This document shows, piece after piece, positions 28,709-38,071 of a stretch of 64,000 nucleotides of DNA. The stretch covers positions 11,188 through 75,187 of the forward strand of contig JBDHUP010000002.1 of the NCBI GenBank assembly GCA_039809245.1. Direction: 5' to 3'. The stretch's first letter is position 1; every line of letters begins with the position of its first letter. The notes below the pieces were generated by a model that saw only the letters and a list, made by a program, of their open reading frames with translations, ran no database searches and was not told the DNA's origin. The position numbers and the translations under genes are program-made. Source of the stretch: Minisyncoccia bacterium. GTDB taxonomy: Bacteria; Patescibacteriota; Minisyncoccia; Phycocordibacterales; UBA9973.

Positions 28709-30292
28709 ATGACTATTACTGATTACAAAACAGAAAGAGAGAATGATGTAAGTAAAATTAAGTCTTCTGTCCACCCTAAAAAGGTTGTCGTTGCAGGGCC
28801 TGGGACAGGTAAGAGTTTTTTGTTTCAAGAACTTATCAAAGAGAAGAAAAAGTCTGGTAAGACTGATTTTGTTGCTATTACATTCATAGGTAAATTAGGT
28901 GATGCACTTGCTGATGACCTCTGTGGTTTAGCTGAAACTATGACTATGCATGGTTTTGCGAGAAGATTTGTTCTAGAAAAGTGTAAGGGCTGGATTTATT
29001 ACCCTAGAATGTATGACATCATTAAAGCTGATTTAAAAAGCGAAGGTATTGATGATTTTGAAATTGGAGACGACAATTACAAAAAGAAAACTCTTTTTTA
29101 TAAAGCTGTTGGTGATGAAGATGTTGTTCATTACGCAATCCAGATATGTGAAAAGGACAAATCAAAGATTCCTACTCACGATTTAATATTAATTGATGAG
29201 TTCCAGGACTTTAATGAAAAAGAATCGCAATTTGTTGATTTGCTTGCTGAGAAAAATGAGATTGTGATAGTTGGCGATGACGATCAGGCACTCTATGAAT
29301 TCAAAGGCTCATCTCCAGCTTATATTAGAAGCAAACACCACACAAGCAATACAGATTTTGAAAGTCATACGTTGAGATTTTGTTCGAGATGTACTGATGT
29401 TGTGATTAAATATTTTCATGCTCTCGTGGAGAAATTTAACCTTAAAGATTCTACAAAAAATCGGATTGAAAAGGATTATATATGTTACGTGCCTGACAAA
29501 GAAAAAGATTCTAAAGCGAACCCACAAATACATCTTATAAAAAATTGCCCTAGTGGAATGATTGCTTTTAAGATAAGAGCTGAGTTAGAAAAACTTGTTA
29601 CCGAGCAAAAAATTAAAGACATTCTCATTATTGGTGAAGGAAGATCTTGCAAAGCTATCCTTGAATCGATAGCAAAGCAACTGAAACACTACGGATTTAA
29701 AAATGTAGATTACGGTAAATCTAATGGCTATCTAGATACTAAGCAGAATATTGTTGATGCTTATAAGTTCTTAGCGAATGATCCTGAGTCAGTTTTGGGT
29801 TGGCGAATACTTGATAATCCAACAGATCAAACTGAAAAAGAAAGGCATCTAAAAAATTCTAAGACCTTAAAAGTAATTATTTCAGGTAAATCTGCTGAGA
29901 TTAAAAAACTCAAAGATACTGCTATTGTCGAACTAGAAAAGACTATAGAAAATAATCACGTTGATGATCCCATCCTCAAGAGATCTGTTTTTATTGATGA
30001 ATTACGAGACCGAAACATTGTTCTCTCAAGACCCCTTGGAAACTTAAATATTACAGTATGCAATATTCTGAATTCGAAAGGACTTGGTGCTGATGTTGTA
30101 TTTTTGGTCGGATTTGACGATGGTAAATTTCCTGCAAAAAACATACCGACTGACAGCGAAATTTATCAAATGCTTGTTGCTATTACAAGATCGAAGAAGC
30201 GAATGTATCTCGTTAATACAACTGGAAAGAAAACATCAGTCTTTCTCGATTGCTTGGATGCCAGTGACTTAAGCACAAAAGAAATTAAGTAA
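28709..30292 (+). CDS. Compact UvrD/Rep-like SF1 helicase embedded between hsdM and hsdS
   Basis: Walker A AGPGTGKS, motif II LILIDEFQDFN, motif III VGDDDQALYEF, C-terminal motifs SKGLGADVVFLVG and VAITRSKKRMYL; 6 bp after hsdM, 1 bp before hsdS. Confidence 0.75.
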   Translation: MTITDYKTERENDVSKIKSSVHPKKVVVAGPGTGKSFLFQELIKEKKKSGKTDFVAITFIGKLGDALADDLCGLAETMTMHGFARRFVLEKCKGWIYYPRMYDIIKADLKSEGIDDFEIGDDNYKKKTLFYKAVGDEDVVHYAIQICEKDKSKIPTHDLILIDEFQDFNEKESQFVDLLAEKNEIVIVGDDDQALYEFKGSSPAYIRSKHHTSNTDFESHTLRFCSRCTDVVIKYFHALVEKFNLKDSTKNRIEKDYICYVPDKEKDSKANPQIHLIKNCPSGMIAFKIRAELEKLVTEQKIKDILIIGEGRSCKAILESIAKQLKHYGFKNVDYGKSNGYLDTKQNIVDAYKFLANDPESVLGWRILDNPTDQTEKERHLKNSKTLKVIISGKSAEIKKLKDTAIVELEKTIENNHVDDPILKRSVFIDELRDRNIVLSRPLGNLNITVCNILNSKGLGADVVFLVGFDDGKFPAKNIPTDSEIYQMLVAITRSKKRMYLVNTTGKKTSVFLDCLDASDLSTKEIK

Positions 30293-30293
30293 T

Positions 30294-31418
30294 ATGAATA
30301 ATCCTCTTAAACAAAAGAATATTCCGAAAGGATGGGAATACGGTTCTCTTGGAGATTTTATTGTAGATATTAAAGATGGAGGAACTCCTTCTAGGCGTAA
30401 AGGTGAATATTTTGGTGGTGGTATACCATGGGTTGTCATCAAAGATATAAAATCTAGAATTTACTCTACAAACGAAACCCTTTCTAAATTAGGCATTGAA
30501 AATTCAAGTGCTAAGGTTTTTCCTGCAGGCACAGTTATTTTATCATTTGGTGCAACGATTGGAGAAGTTGGTATCGCAGAAGTTGATTTAGCTACAAAGC
30601 AAGGTATTGCCGGAGTTTTGCCAGATGTTTCAAAAATTACAACTGAATATTTATATTTTTTATTACAATCTCAAAAAAAGTTACTCAATCAAATGGCTAC
30701 AGGAAGTACTATTAAGGAAGTACGTCCAAATATTATCAAGAAAATTAATATACTTGTCCCCCCAATAAAAGAGCAGAAGAAAATTGCTGATATTTTGTTA
30801 TCTGTTGATGAAGAGATTCAAAAGGTTGAAGAGATAATTTCCGCGACTGAAAAATTAAAAAAAGGGCTGATGTCAGGATTATTTACTAAAGGAATTGGTA
30901 ATAATAAATTTCAAAAAACAAGAATCGGAGATATATTAACTTTAGAATACGGCAAACCATTAAAAGCATCAGATAGAGTCTCTGGAGATATACCAGTTTT
31001 TGGTTCAAACGGTATAGTTGGATATCATGATACAAGCTTAGTAAAAGGACCTGGTGTTATTGTAGGAAGAAAAGGAGGGGCTGGAGAAGTGATGTTTTCA
31101 GAAGTAGATTTTTATCCCATAGATACAGCTTATTTTGTAAAAACGGATTTTAATAAAAAATTTATTTATTATTTATTAGTAAATACAAACTTAAAAAAGC
31201 GTTCCGGAGGTAGTGCTGTTCCTGGATTAAATAGAAATGACGCATATTCTAAAATAGTGATTCTTCCAAAAAAAGAAGGTCAAGAGATAATTGTAAACAT
31301 TTTATCTTCTGTAGATAGAAAAATTATTACTTGTCAGAAATTAAAAACAAAATTATTAGAACTTAAAAAGGGATTAGTGTCGGATCTCCTGAGTGGAAGT
31401 AAAAGAGTAAAAATATGA
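30294..31418 (+). CDS. hsdS: Type I R-M specificity subunit HsdS (two target-recognition domains)
   Basis: Duplicated TRDs with conserved repeats (PPIKEQKKIADIL / PKKEGQEIIVNIL). Confidence 0.85.
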   Translation: MNNPLKQKNIPKGWEYGSLGDFIVDIKDGGTPSRRKGEYFGGGIPWVVIKDIKSRIYSTNETLSKLGIENSSAKVFPAGTVILSFGATIGEVGIAEVDLATKQGIAGVLPDVSKITTEYLYFLLQSQKKLLNQMATGSTIKEVRPNIIKKINILVPPIKEQKKIADILLSVDEEIQKVEEIISATEKLKKGLMSGLFTKGIGNNKFQKTRIGDILTLEYGKPLKASDRVSGDIPVFGSNGIVGYHDTSLVKGPGVIVGRKGGAGEVMFSEVDFYPIDTAYFVKTDFNKKFIYYLLVNTNLKKRSGGSAVPGLNRNDAYSKIVILPKKEGQEIIVNILSSVDRKIITCQKLKTKLLELKKGLVSDLLSGSKRVKI

Positions 31419-32473
31419 AATTACTATTTTTAGATTCAAATATATTCCTTAATTTCTATGATTTTCATGATGAAGATCTAACTCAACTTGCGAAGTTGGT
31501 GGATGTAATAAAGGCTAAAGAAATAAAGCTCTTTTTGACTACTCAAGTTTGTGAGGAAATTAAGAAAAACAGAGAGGCTCGATTAAAGGTTGCGTATGAG
31601 AAAATCGTAGATTCAAAAGTAACTTTAGCTATTCCTCCTTTTTGTAAACACTACGATGAGTATTCTGATATTAAGCGTGCTCAAAATATTCTTGATCAAT
31701 TAAAATCTGAACTAAGTAAGAAACTTTGGGAAGATATACAAAATCACACACTACAAGCTGATAAAATTATTAACGACCTTATCAATGAGAGTAGTATAAT
31801 TGATTCAGATAAATATTTGCCTCAGGCAATACAAAGGCATCAATTAGGTAGACCGCCTGGAAAGAAAGATAGGAGTTATGGCGACGAGATTAACTGGGAG
31901 GCAATTTTAGCTGAAGTGTCTGGTGAGGGTGAATTTATACTTCTTAGTAAAGATGGCGACTATGCTCATGCAATAGATGATCAGTCGCTAAAAGACTATC
32001 TTGTTGATGAATGGAAGAAGAGTCATCCAGATAATGAAATATTTTTCTACAAAAGCTTAACTAAATTTTTCACTGAGCATGATATCAAGATCGAGTTGCG
32101 TATAGAACAGGAAAAAGATGAACTTGTTCGAGACTTGATTAACAGTCACAACTTCTTAAATACACACATTATAGTAAGTAGTCTCTCTAAATACAGTAGT
32201 TTTACAGATGATCAGGTAAGAGGTATAGCAAATGCTTTGAGTGAAAATAGTCAGGTTAGATGGATTATTGATGATGCCGATGTAAAGGAATTTTATAGAG
32301 ACAATCTTCTTCCTAGGTTAGACTTATTTGATTCCGAGACACAGCAAAGTATTAGAGGCTTAATTCAAGGTGAAGAAGTTGCGGATTTGTCTGCCGAATT
32401 GAATAATCTTGAAGAAAAACTTAAAGAAGAAAAAGATGAAGAAAGTGATAATGAAGAAGATATTCCATTTTAA
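31415..32473 (+). CDS. PIN-like domain protein (predicted nuclease) with acidic C-terminal tail, embedded between hsdS and hsdR
   Basis: Four spaced acidic positions in a PIN-like pattern (LFLDSNIF, TTQVCEEI, GDEINWEAIL, LLSKDGDY); ATGA overlap with hsdS, 9 bp before hsdR. Confidence 0.45.
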   Translation: MKLLFLDSNIFLNFYDFHDEDLTQLAKLVDVIKAKEIKLFLTTQVCEEIKKNREARLKVAYEKIVDSKVTLAIPPFCKHYDEYSDIKRAQNILDQLKSELSKKLWEDIQNHTLQADKIINDLINESSIIDSDKYLPQAIQRHQLGRPPGKKDRSYGDEINWEAILAEVSGEGEFILLSKDGDYAHAIDDQSLKDYLVDEWKKSHPDNEIFFYKSLTKFFTEHDIKIELRIEQEKDELVRDLINSHNFLNTHIIVSSLSKYSSFTDDQVRGIANALSENSQVRWIIDDADVKEFYRDNLLPRLDLFDSETQQSIRGLIQGEEVADLSAELNNLEEKLKEEKDEESDNEEDIPF

Positions 32474-32482
32474 CTAAACAAT

Positions 32483-35395
32483 ATGAAATTCAACGAATTA
32501 TATACAATAGAAAAACACGTTATAAAATTCATCCAAGAAAAACTTGGCTATGAGTTTATTCCTGCTGAAGAGTTTTCAAAACTTCGTGCTTTCGAAAACG
32601 AGGTTATTATCACTTCACACCTTATTGAATCTGTTCAAAAGATAAATGAGGTTGATGAAACTTTGGCTCAAAGTGTCGTTCGTGAGATCAAGAAACTTGA
32701 TACCAATGAAGCATTTTTACTTACGATGCGAAATGGTGTAAATCTTAAAGATCCTGCAACTGGCAAGAATCGTGATTTTCAGATTGTTGATTTTGATAAT
32801 GCCGACAACAACCGATTTGTTGTTACAAGTCAGTTCTACTTCGAGGGCACCACAGAAAACATTCGCCCTGACGTGATGATTTTCTTGAACGGTCTACCTA
32901 TCTCTGATATTGAAGCAAAAAGCCCCACCGCTTCTAGCTCGGTAAGCTTTGAGAATGCTATTGATCAGATCAAGCGATACGAAAAAGTTGCATCAAAACT
33001 ATTTCTCCCTAACTGCTTTAATATTGCAACAGACGGACTAAAAACAGTGTATGGAGCAACTTATTCTCCAAAGCAATACTTTTTGACTTGGCGAGAAGAT
33101 CCACATAGTGAATCAAAGATGTTTGAAGATGAGCTTGATTCAACACTCTACTTCCTATTTGAAAAAGAAAGACTCCTTGATGTCTTGAAGAACTTTATTG
33201 TATTTGAAAAGAAGAAAGACGGATCTATTAAAAAGATAGCTCGATATCAGCAACTGTACGCTTCTAATAAAATTGTAGAGAGAGTTAAGGATGGTGACCA
33301 TAAAAAAGGTCTTATTTGGCATACTCAAGGATCTGGAAAGACTCTGACCATGTTTTTTACTGCTTGGAAGCTTCGATATGCACCTGAGCTTAAAAACCCA
33401 AAGGTATTTATTCTCATCGACCGTATTGATCTTGATGATCAAGTATTTGAAGAGTTTGAAGCTTGGGGTGGTCAGAACCTCATTCGAGTTGAGTCTCGTA
33501 AGGATCTCGAAAAGAAAATCAAAGGTGCAGACCGAGGTATCTTTATTTCAACTATCCAGAAATTTACTGAACTAGAAGAAATTGAAAGTATTGATGGAAA
33601 TGTCATCGTTCTTTCTGATGAAGCCCACCGAGATAACGAGGGAGTATCTGCTATCAAGATGCGTAATGCATTTAAAGATGCGTTCTTCTTTGGGTTCACT
33701 GGAACTCCTATTGATAAACTAACTCTTAATACACACCGCAACTTTGGTGAAGATGGAGAGCGATATCTTGATTATTATTCTATTCAACAAGCTATTGATG
33801 ATGGTGCGACGTTGCCTGTTACCTATGAAGCTCGACTTTCTAAATTCTTTATTGACGAGGAAACCGTAGACAAAAAGTTCAATGAACTAACTACTGATCT
33901 GAGCAAAGAACAGAAAGAACTCCTTACAAAGAGGTACGGAAAGAAGGAAGCTCTGGTAAAGCTAGAGAAACGAATGGAAGCAGTCATTCAGGATATTGTT
34001 GAACATTACAAGCTGTATGTCCTTCCAAACGGGTTTAAAGCACAGATTGTGTGTTATGACCGAGAAGCAACAGCAAAGTATAAAGACTTGCTTGATAAGC
34101 TTGTGCCATCAGAATGGTCAGAAGTTGTATATTCTCCCGCTGATCCAAATAGTGATAGCGACGACCTAAAAAAATACAACACGAACAAACAAAAGCGAGA
34201 GAAGATTATTGAACAATTCAAAGACCCAACTCATCCTCTAAAGTTTCTACTTGTCTGTGACATGCTTTTGACTGGTTTTGATGCTCCAGTTGAACAGGTA
34301 ATGTACCTTGATAAGCCACTCCGAGACCATAATCTTCTACAAGCTATTGCTCGTACAAACCGTGTCTACCCAAACAAAGGGTGTGGAAAGATTATTGACT
34401 ACTATGGTGTGACTAAGAACCTCTATGATGCTCTCAATTTTGATGAGAGTGTGGTTGATAGTGCGATGATCAATATTGATAAGTTGAAAGAAGACTTCAA
34501 AAAGGTGCTTGATGAAGTCATGAGTCTTTTCGAGGGGGTTAATATTGAAGATCCTTCAATTGAAAACCTTCGTCGATGTCTCAAGATATTTATCGACAAT
34601 CAAAGCAAACAACAATTCTTCAAAGACAAATATGGTCGTCTAAAGATGTTGTTTGAGATACTTTCTCCCGATCCATTCCTTATTGAGTATCTACGCAAAT
34701 TTGAGTGGATTACCAGTTTCTATCTTGCTTTTAGTAAAGAATTTCAACCAGAAGGAGTTGATGCGTTTTCTCTTGCTGAATACGGAGAGAAAATCAAAAA
34801 CCTTATCCAAGACAAGATTGATTATGAGGGAATCACTAAGAATTTCCGTGAGCTATCGGTACACGATCTCGCTACACTTAACAAACTAGACAAACTTCCT
34901 GATGAAGATAAGGCTCTTAATCTTGAAAAGATGCTTAAACGTGAGATCTCTATCAACATAGACACACACCCAGCATTTAAAGGATTTGGTGAGCGACTTT
35001 CCTCAATTAGACAAGAGTTTGAGAAACATCAGATTGATCTTGCTGAACGTATCAAGCGTTACTACGAACTTCTGAACGATATCAAGACCAAAACTGAAGA
35101 AGCAAAGGAACTTGGTTATTCTCTCCATGAATACGGACTCTTTGTAATTTCTGAGGAATTCATTAGCGAATCAGATCAAGCGGTTATAAAAGAATTCATC
35201 AAGGAAATGTCATCTCGATTGGAGGATGTTCTTGATGAGGGATGGCAAAACTCATCAAAGCGTGAGGAGTTTATAAAAGAAGCCAAGAGAACATTGCAGG
35301 AGTTAATTCTTAAAGACTACAAGAACAAGATTCAGATTTCTGACTTCCAAAAATATCTCAATCGTTTGATTGATGTAGTTATTAAAAAATTCTAA
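32483..35395 (+). CDS. hsdR: Type I R-M restriction subunit HsdR (SF2 translocase/endonuclease)
   Basis: 970 aa; Walker A HTQGSGKTLT, DEAH-box VLSDEAHR, helicase motif VI QAIARTNR. Confidence 0.9.
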   Translation: MKFNELYTIEKHVIKFIQEKLGYEFIPAEEFSKLRAFENEVIITSHLIESVQKINEVDETLAQSVVREIKKLDTNEAFLLTMRNGVNLKDPATGKNRDFQIVDFDNADNNRFVVTSQFYFEGTTENIRPDVMIFLNGLPISDIEAKSPTASSSVSFENAIDQIKRYEKVASKLFLPNCFNIATDGLKTVYGATYSPKQYFLTWREDPHSESKMFEDELDSTLYFLFEKERLLDVLKNFIVFEKKKDGSIKKIARYQQLYASNKIVERVKDGDHKKGLIWHTQGSGKTLTMFFTAWKLRYAPELKNPKVFILIDRIDLDDQVFEEFEAWGGQNLIRVESRKDLEKKIKGADRGIFISTIQKFTELEEIESIDGNVIVLSDEAHRDNEGVSAIKMRNAFKDAFFFGFTGTPIDKLTLNTHRNFGEDGERYLDYYSIQQAIDDGATLPVTYEARLSKFFIDEETVDKKFNELTTDLSKEQKELLTKRYGKKEALVKLEKRMEAVIQDIVEHYKLYVLPNGFKAQIVCYDREATAKYKDLLDKLVPSEWSEVVYSPADPNSDSDDLKKYNTNKQKREKIIEQFKDPTHPLKFLLVCDMLLTGFDAPVEQVMYLDKPLRDHNLLQAIARTNRVYPNKGCGKIIDYYGVTKNLYDALNFDESVVDSAMINIDKLKEDFKKVLDEVMSLFEGVNIEDPSIENLRRCLKIFIDNQSKQQFFKDKYGRLKMLFEILSPDPFLIEYLRKFEWITSFYLAFSKEFQPEGVDAFSLAEYGEKIKNLIQDKIDYEGITKNFRELSVHDLATLNKLDKLPDEDKALNLEKMLKREISINIDTHPAFKGFGERLSSIRQEFEKHQIDLAERIKRYYELLNDIKTKTEEAKELGYSLHEYGLFVISEEFISESDQAVIKEFIKEMSSRLEDVLDEGWQNSSKREEFIKEAKRTLQELILKDYKNKIQISDFQKYLNRLIDVVIKKF

Positions 35396-35397
35396 CT

Positions 35398-35967
35398 ATG
35401 AAAAAGCATATAGAACTTCACAAAAGAAAAGTTCCATATACGCTCAAAGTAAGTAAGCGAGCAAAAAGACTCCGCCTCGCAATTTATTGTGATGGTGCTT
35501 TTGTTGTGACCACTCCTCGAAATGTTGAGGTTTCAGTTATTGAGAAATTCATCATACAAAGATCTCAGTGGGTTATCGATAAGTTAGATTACTTCAGCCA
35601 ATTCTCTGATGTATTCAAAAAGAAGAATACTCAAGCAGAATATTTGAAGTACAAAGAAGAGGCTCTATCTTTAGCCGAGAAAAAGGTTAAGAAATTCAAT
35701 AAGATTTACAAATTCTCTTACAACAAGATTAATATCAAAAATCAAAAGACTCGCTGGGGTAGCTGTTCTAAAAAAGGTAACCTTAATTTCAACTATAAAA
35801 TTGCGTTGTTGCCTGAACGTCTTGCTGAGTACATAGTCGTACACGAACTCTGCCACCTTGGACAATTTAATCACTCTCAGAAGTTTTGGAATTTGGTAGC
35901 CAAGGCTATACCTGACTATCTAGAGATCAAGGAGGAGTTAAAAAGAAGTGGTTTAAGATTTCATTAA
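35398..35967 (+). CDS. DUF45/COG1451 (YgjP-like) zinc metallohydrolase, a known companion of Type I R-M operons
   Basis: HELCHL...H metal-binding motif near the C-terminus; 2 bp after hsdR. Confidence 0.65.
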   Translation: MKKHIELHKRKVPYTLKVSKRAKRLRLAIYCDGAFVVTTPRNVEVSVIEKFIIQRSQWVIDKLDYFSQFSDVFKKKNTQAEYLKYKEEALSLAEKKVKKFNKIYKFSYNKINIKNQKTRWGSCSKKGNLNFNYKIALLPERLAEYIVVHELCHLGQFNHSQKFWNLVAKAIPDYLEIKEELKRSGLRFH

Positions 35968-35968
35968 T

Positions 35969-36214
35969 ATGGATGACTGGAGCTTCAACATACCCAAAAA
36001 GATTTTGAGAGTATTATTGATTGGTGCAGTCATACTTGCTGTTCTCTACGGGGTTTTTACTGGTGACTCAAAGAAAGGTGCTGATTTTTATATGAAGGAG
36101 GTTAAATTTATTATGACTCCAATAATAAATAAAATGCAAAATCGTATGGAAAAGATATTCGATAGAGCACTTAATAAAACTCAAGAGAACCAGAGTGAGA
36201 ATGTCGAAAACTAA
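35969..36214 (+). CDS. Small single-TM protein
   Basis: 81 aa ORF, 1 bp after the preceding gene. Confidence 0.3.
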   Translation: MDDWSFNIPKKILRVLLIGAVILAVLYGVFTGDSKKGADFYMKEVKFIMTPIINKMQNRMEKIFDRALNKTQENQSENVEN

Positions 36215-37701
36215 CCGAACAATATTCCACCTGAAACTGGATTATTCTCAATAATTTTAAGAACCACGATGGAAAAAGCGTCAGCTAAGTCATCGTGTTT
36301 TTCTTTTCCAAATCCAAGAAGTTGCTCGATTAATTCTTCACAACCGCTTTCAGGAAATAAAATGCGTCCGTCCTTTAACAATGGAGTCGTGAGTCGTAAT
36401 CGTGCACCTTTGTCGTTTCTTCCTGTTGGCACACCCTCAATGTCATACTTTTGACTCTCAAAGAATTGGATCAATGCTTTTTGATATCCAACATCTTCCA
36501 CAAAAAGTTTTACCCGATTGTGTTTCATTTTCTCGGTTGCCACCAACGCTTTGATAAATTCTGCGTGTACAGGAAATGAACTCCTTTTGTTATAAGGATG
36601 CTTTTGAATATAGATTTTCATATTTTTCCCTGTGCCGTATACATATGCAACGACAATAGCGGTGCAGTCAGCTGAATCTTTTTCACTTACCGCCAAATCG
36701 ATACCTATACAGATACTTCTAAATCCATCGGCAGGCATTTTGTCATAGAATGTGATCCATTCAGGCAAGACAATCTGCTCGTCAGTCGCAATGATCTGAA
36801 GCATATACTCACGAAACCACGCAACATCATCCATAGTTTTTTCTCGCTCAGCTTCAACATCTTCTGGAGCAGGATACTTGCCGGGCCATAAAGGATTGCC
36901 CTTGGGATCAACAATAGGATATTCACGGTATACAGCCTTAATGCGACTCATTTCACCATTTTCGATTTTCTTTTGTAGTCGCTTCAGCACAGAGTCCTCA
37001 TGAAGTAAGTTACCCACAGCAATGATTCTCGTTTTCTTGGTTCCTGCAGGGATTACTTCACTTACAAGCCAGTTGAATGTTTTATCACGACCAACACGAG
37101 TTTTAACCGATTGGGTATCTTCAATGTCGTCTATGATAATAAGGTCGGGGCGATGTTGATCGTGTCTTACTCCACGGATGCTTTGCTCTACAGAGCTGAT
37201 CATAATCTTCACATTGAGTCTCTTGATAATGAGTGCCGTAGCATTACCGAGATTGTTCTTTTCTTCTTCAAAAGGTCCAAGGTCTTTTCGCAGAAGGTCA
37301 TTATTTAAAAGCTGACTTTTTATATTCAAAAGATACTGCCGTGCTTTTTGCTCAGTTTGACCACAAATAACAATAAGCTTTCTTTGCTGTATACCGAGGA
37401 TAGACCATAGGACATACGCTGTTGAAATGATGGTTGATTTTGCTAAACCACGGAATGCAACAAACACTGCAAGTTTAATGCGATCATCTTCAAGAATACG
37501 AAACATCTCCTCGTGAAAGGGTGCTGTCTCATACTCCATGTATTGGTGAAAATATATTGGGAAAAAGAATTCAAAACTATTTTGTACAGTATGTTTTCGT
37601 ACTGTTTGATCAATAAGAATTTTCTCAAAAATATCTTCACTATTCCTTTGTGTCTTTAAACTTGGCATGTTTGCGTAATGATGAAAGTTTGAGTGCGGCA
37701 C
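36211..37701 (-). CDS. Phage terminase large subunit (ATPase plus RNase-H-like nuclease)
   Basis: Walker A-like RGLAKST, Walker B DLIIIDD, C-terminal nuclease acidic residues (IGIDLAVSEKDSAD). Confidence 0.75.
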   Translation of the reverse strand: MPHSNFHHYANMPSLKTQRNSEDIFEKILIDQTVRKHTVQNSFEFFFPIYFHQYMEYETAPFHEEMFRILEDDRIKLAVFVAFRGLAKSTIISTAYVLWSILGIQQRKLIVICGQTEQKARQYLLNIKSQLLNNDLLRKDLGPFEEEKNNLGNATALIIKRLNVKIMISSVEQSIRGVRHDQHRPDLIIIDDIEDTQSVKTRVGRDKTFNWLVSEVIPAGTKKTRIIAVGNLLHEDSVLKRLQKKIENGEMSRIKAVYREYPIVDPKGNPLWPGKYPAPEDVEAEREKTMDDVAWFREYMLQIIATDEQIVLPEWITFYDKMPADGFRSICIGIDLAVSEKDSADCTAIVVAYVYGTGKNMKIYIQKHPYNKRSSFPVHAEFIKALVATEKMKHNRVKLFVEDVGYQKALIQFFESQKYDIEGVPTGRNDKGARLRLTTPLLKDGRILFPESGCEELIEQLLGFGKEKHDDLADAFSIVVLKIIENNPVSGGILFG

Positions 37702-38071
37702 GAATGAGCTTCTTTTCTTCTTTCGTCAGAGGCTTTTCTTTTGATTCAATACTTCCTGAAAGCTCAAGTTTGTTGCTGTACCGTGGATTGTGAGTTGAGA
37801 GATATAACCGAATAGCCTCTATCTTTCTCTCACTAATCAGAGCAAAGAGTTGGTTCTCAGCAACATCTGACATAAATTTTCTACCCTCGTTAAGAGACTC
37901 ATCAATTTGCCGTTCAAACTTCTTACTATTCGCAATCCATCGATAAACCGTAGCTCGTGATACACCAACTTTTTGACAGGAAGTTTCAAGAGTGGGCGTA
38001 CGCTTGAGCTGGTCGAGCAAAGCTTCTTTGATACGCGATTGCCTTTGTTGTATTGAATCTTTTCTACTCAT
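37640..38071 (-). CDS. Terminase small subunit-like HTH protein
   Basis: N-terminal HTH (VGVSRATVYRW) typical of phage TerS; immediately upstream of terL. Confidence 0.45.
   Translation of the reverse strand: MSRKDSIQQRQSRIKEALLDQLKRTPTLETSCQKVGVSRATVYRWIANSKKFERQIDESLNEGRKFMSDVAENQLFALISERKIEAIRLYLSTHNPRYSNKLELSGSIESKEKPLTKEEKKLIRAALKLSSLRKHAKFKDTKE

Noticed and set aside
35969-36214. 81-aa ORF after the DUF45 gene as part of the defence operon
   Set aside because: It is a single-TM peptide with no motifs, so it is kept only as a low-confidence CDS; it could be a small membrane toxin but there is no evidence.
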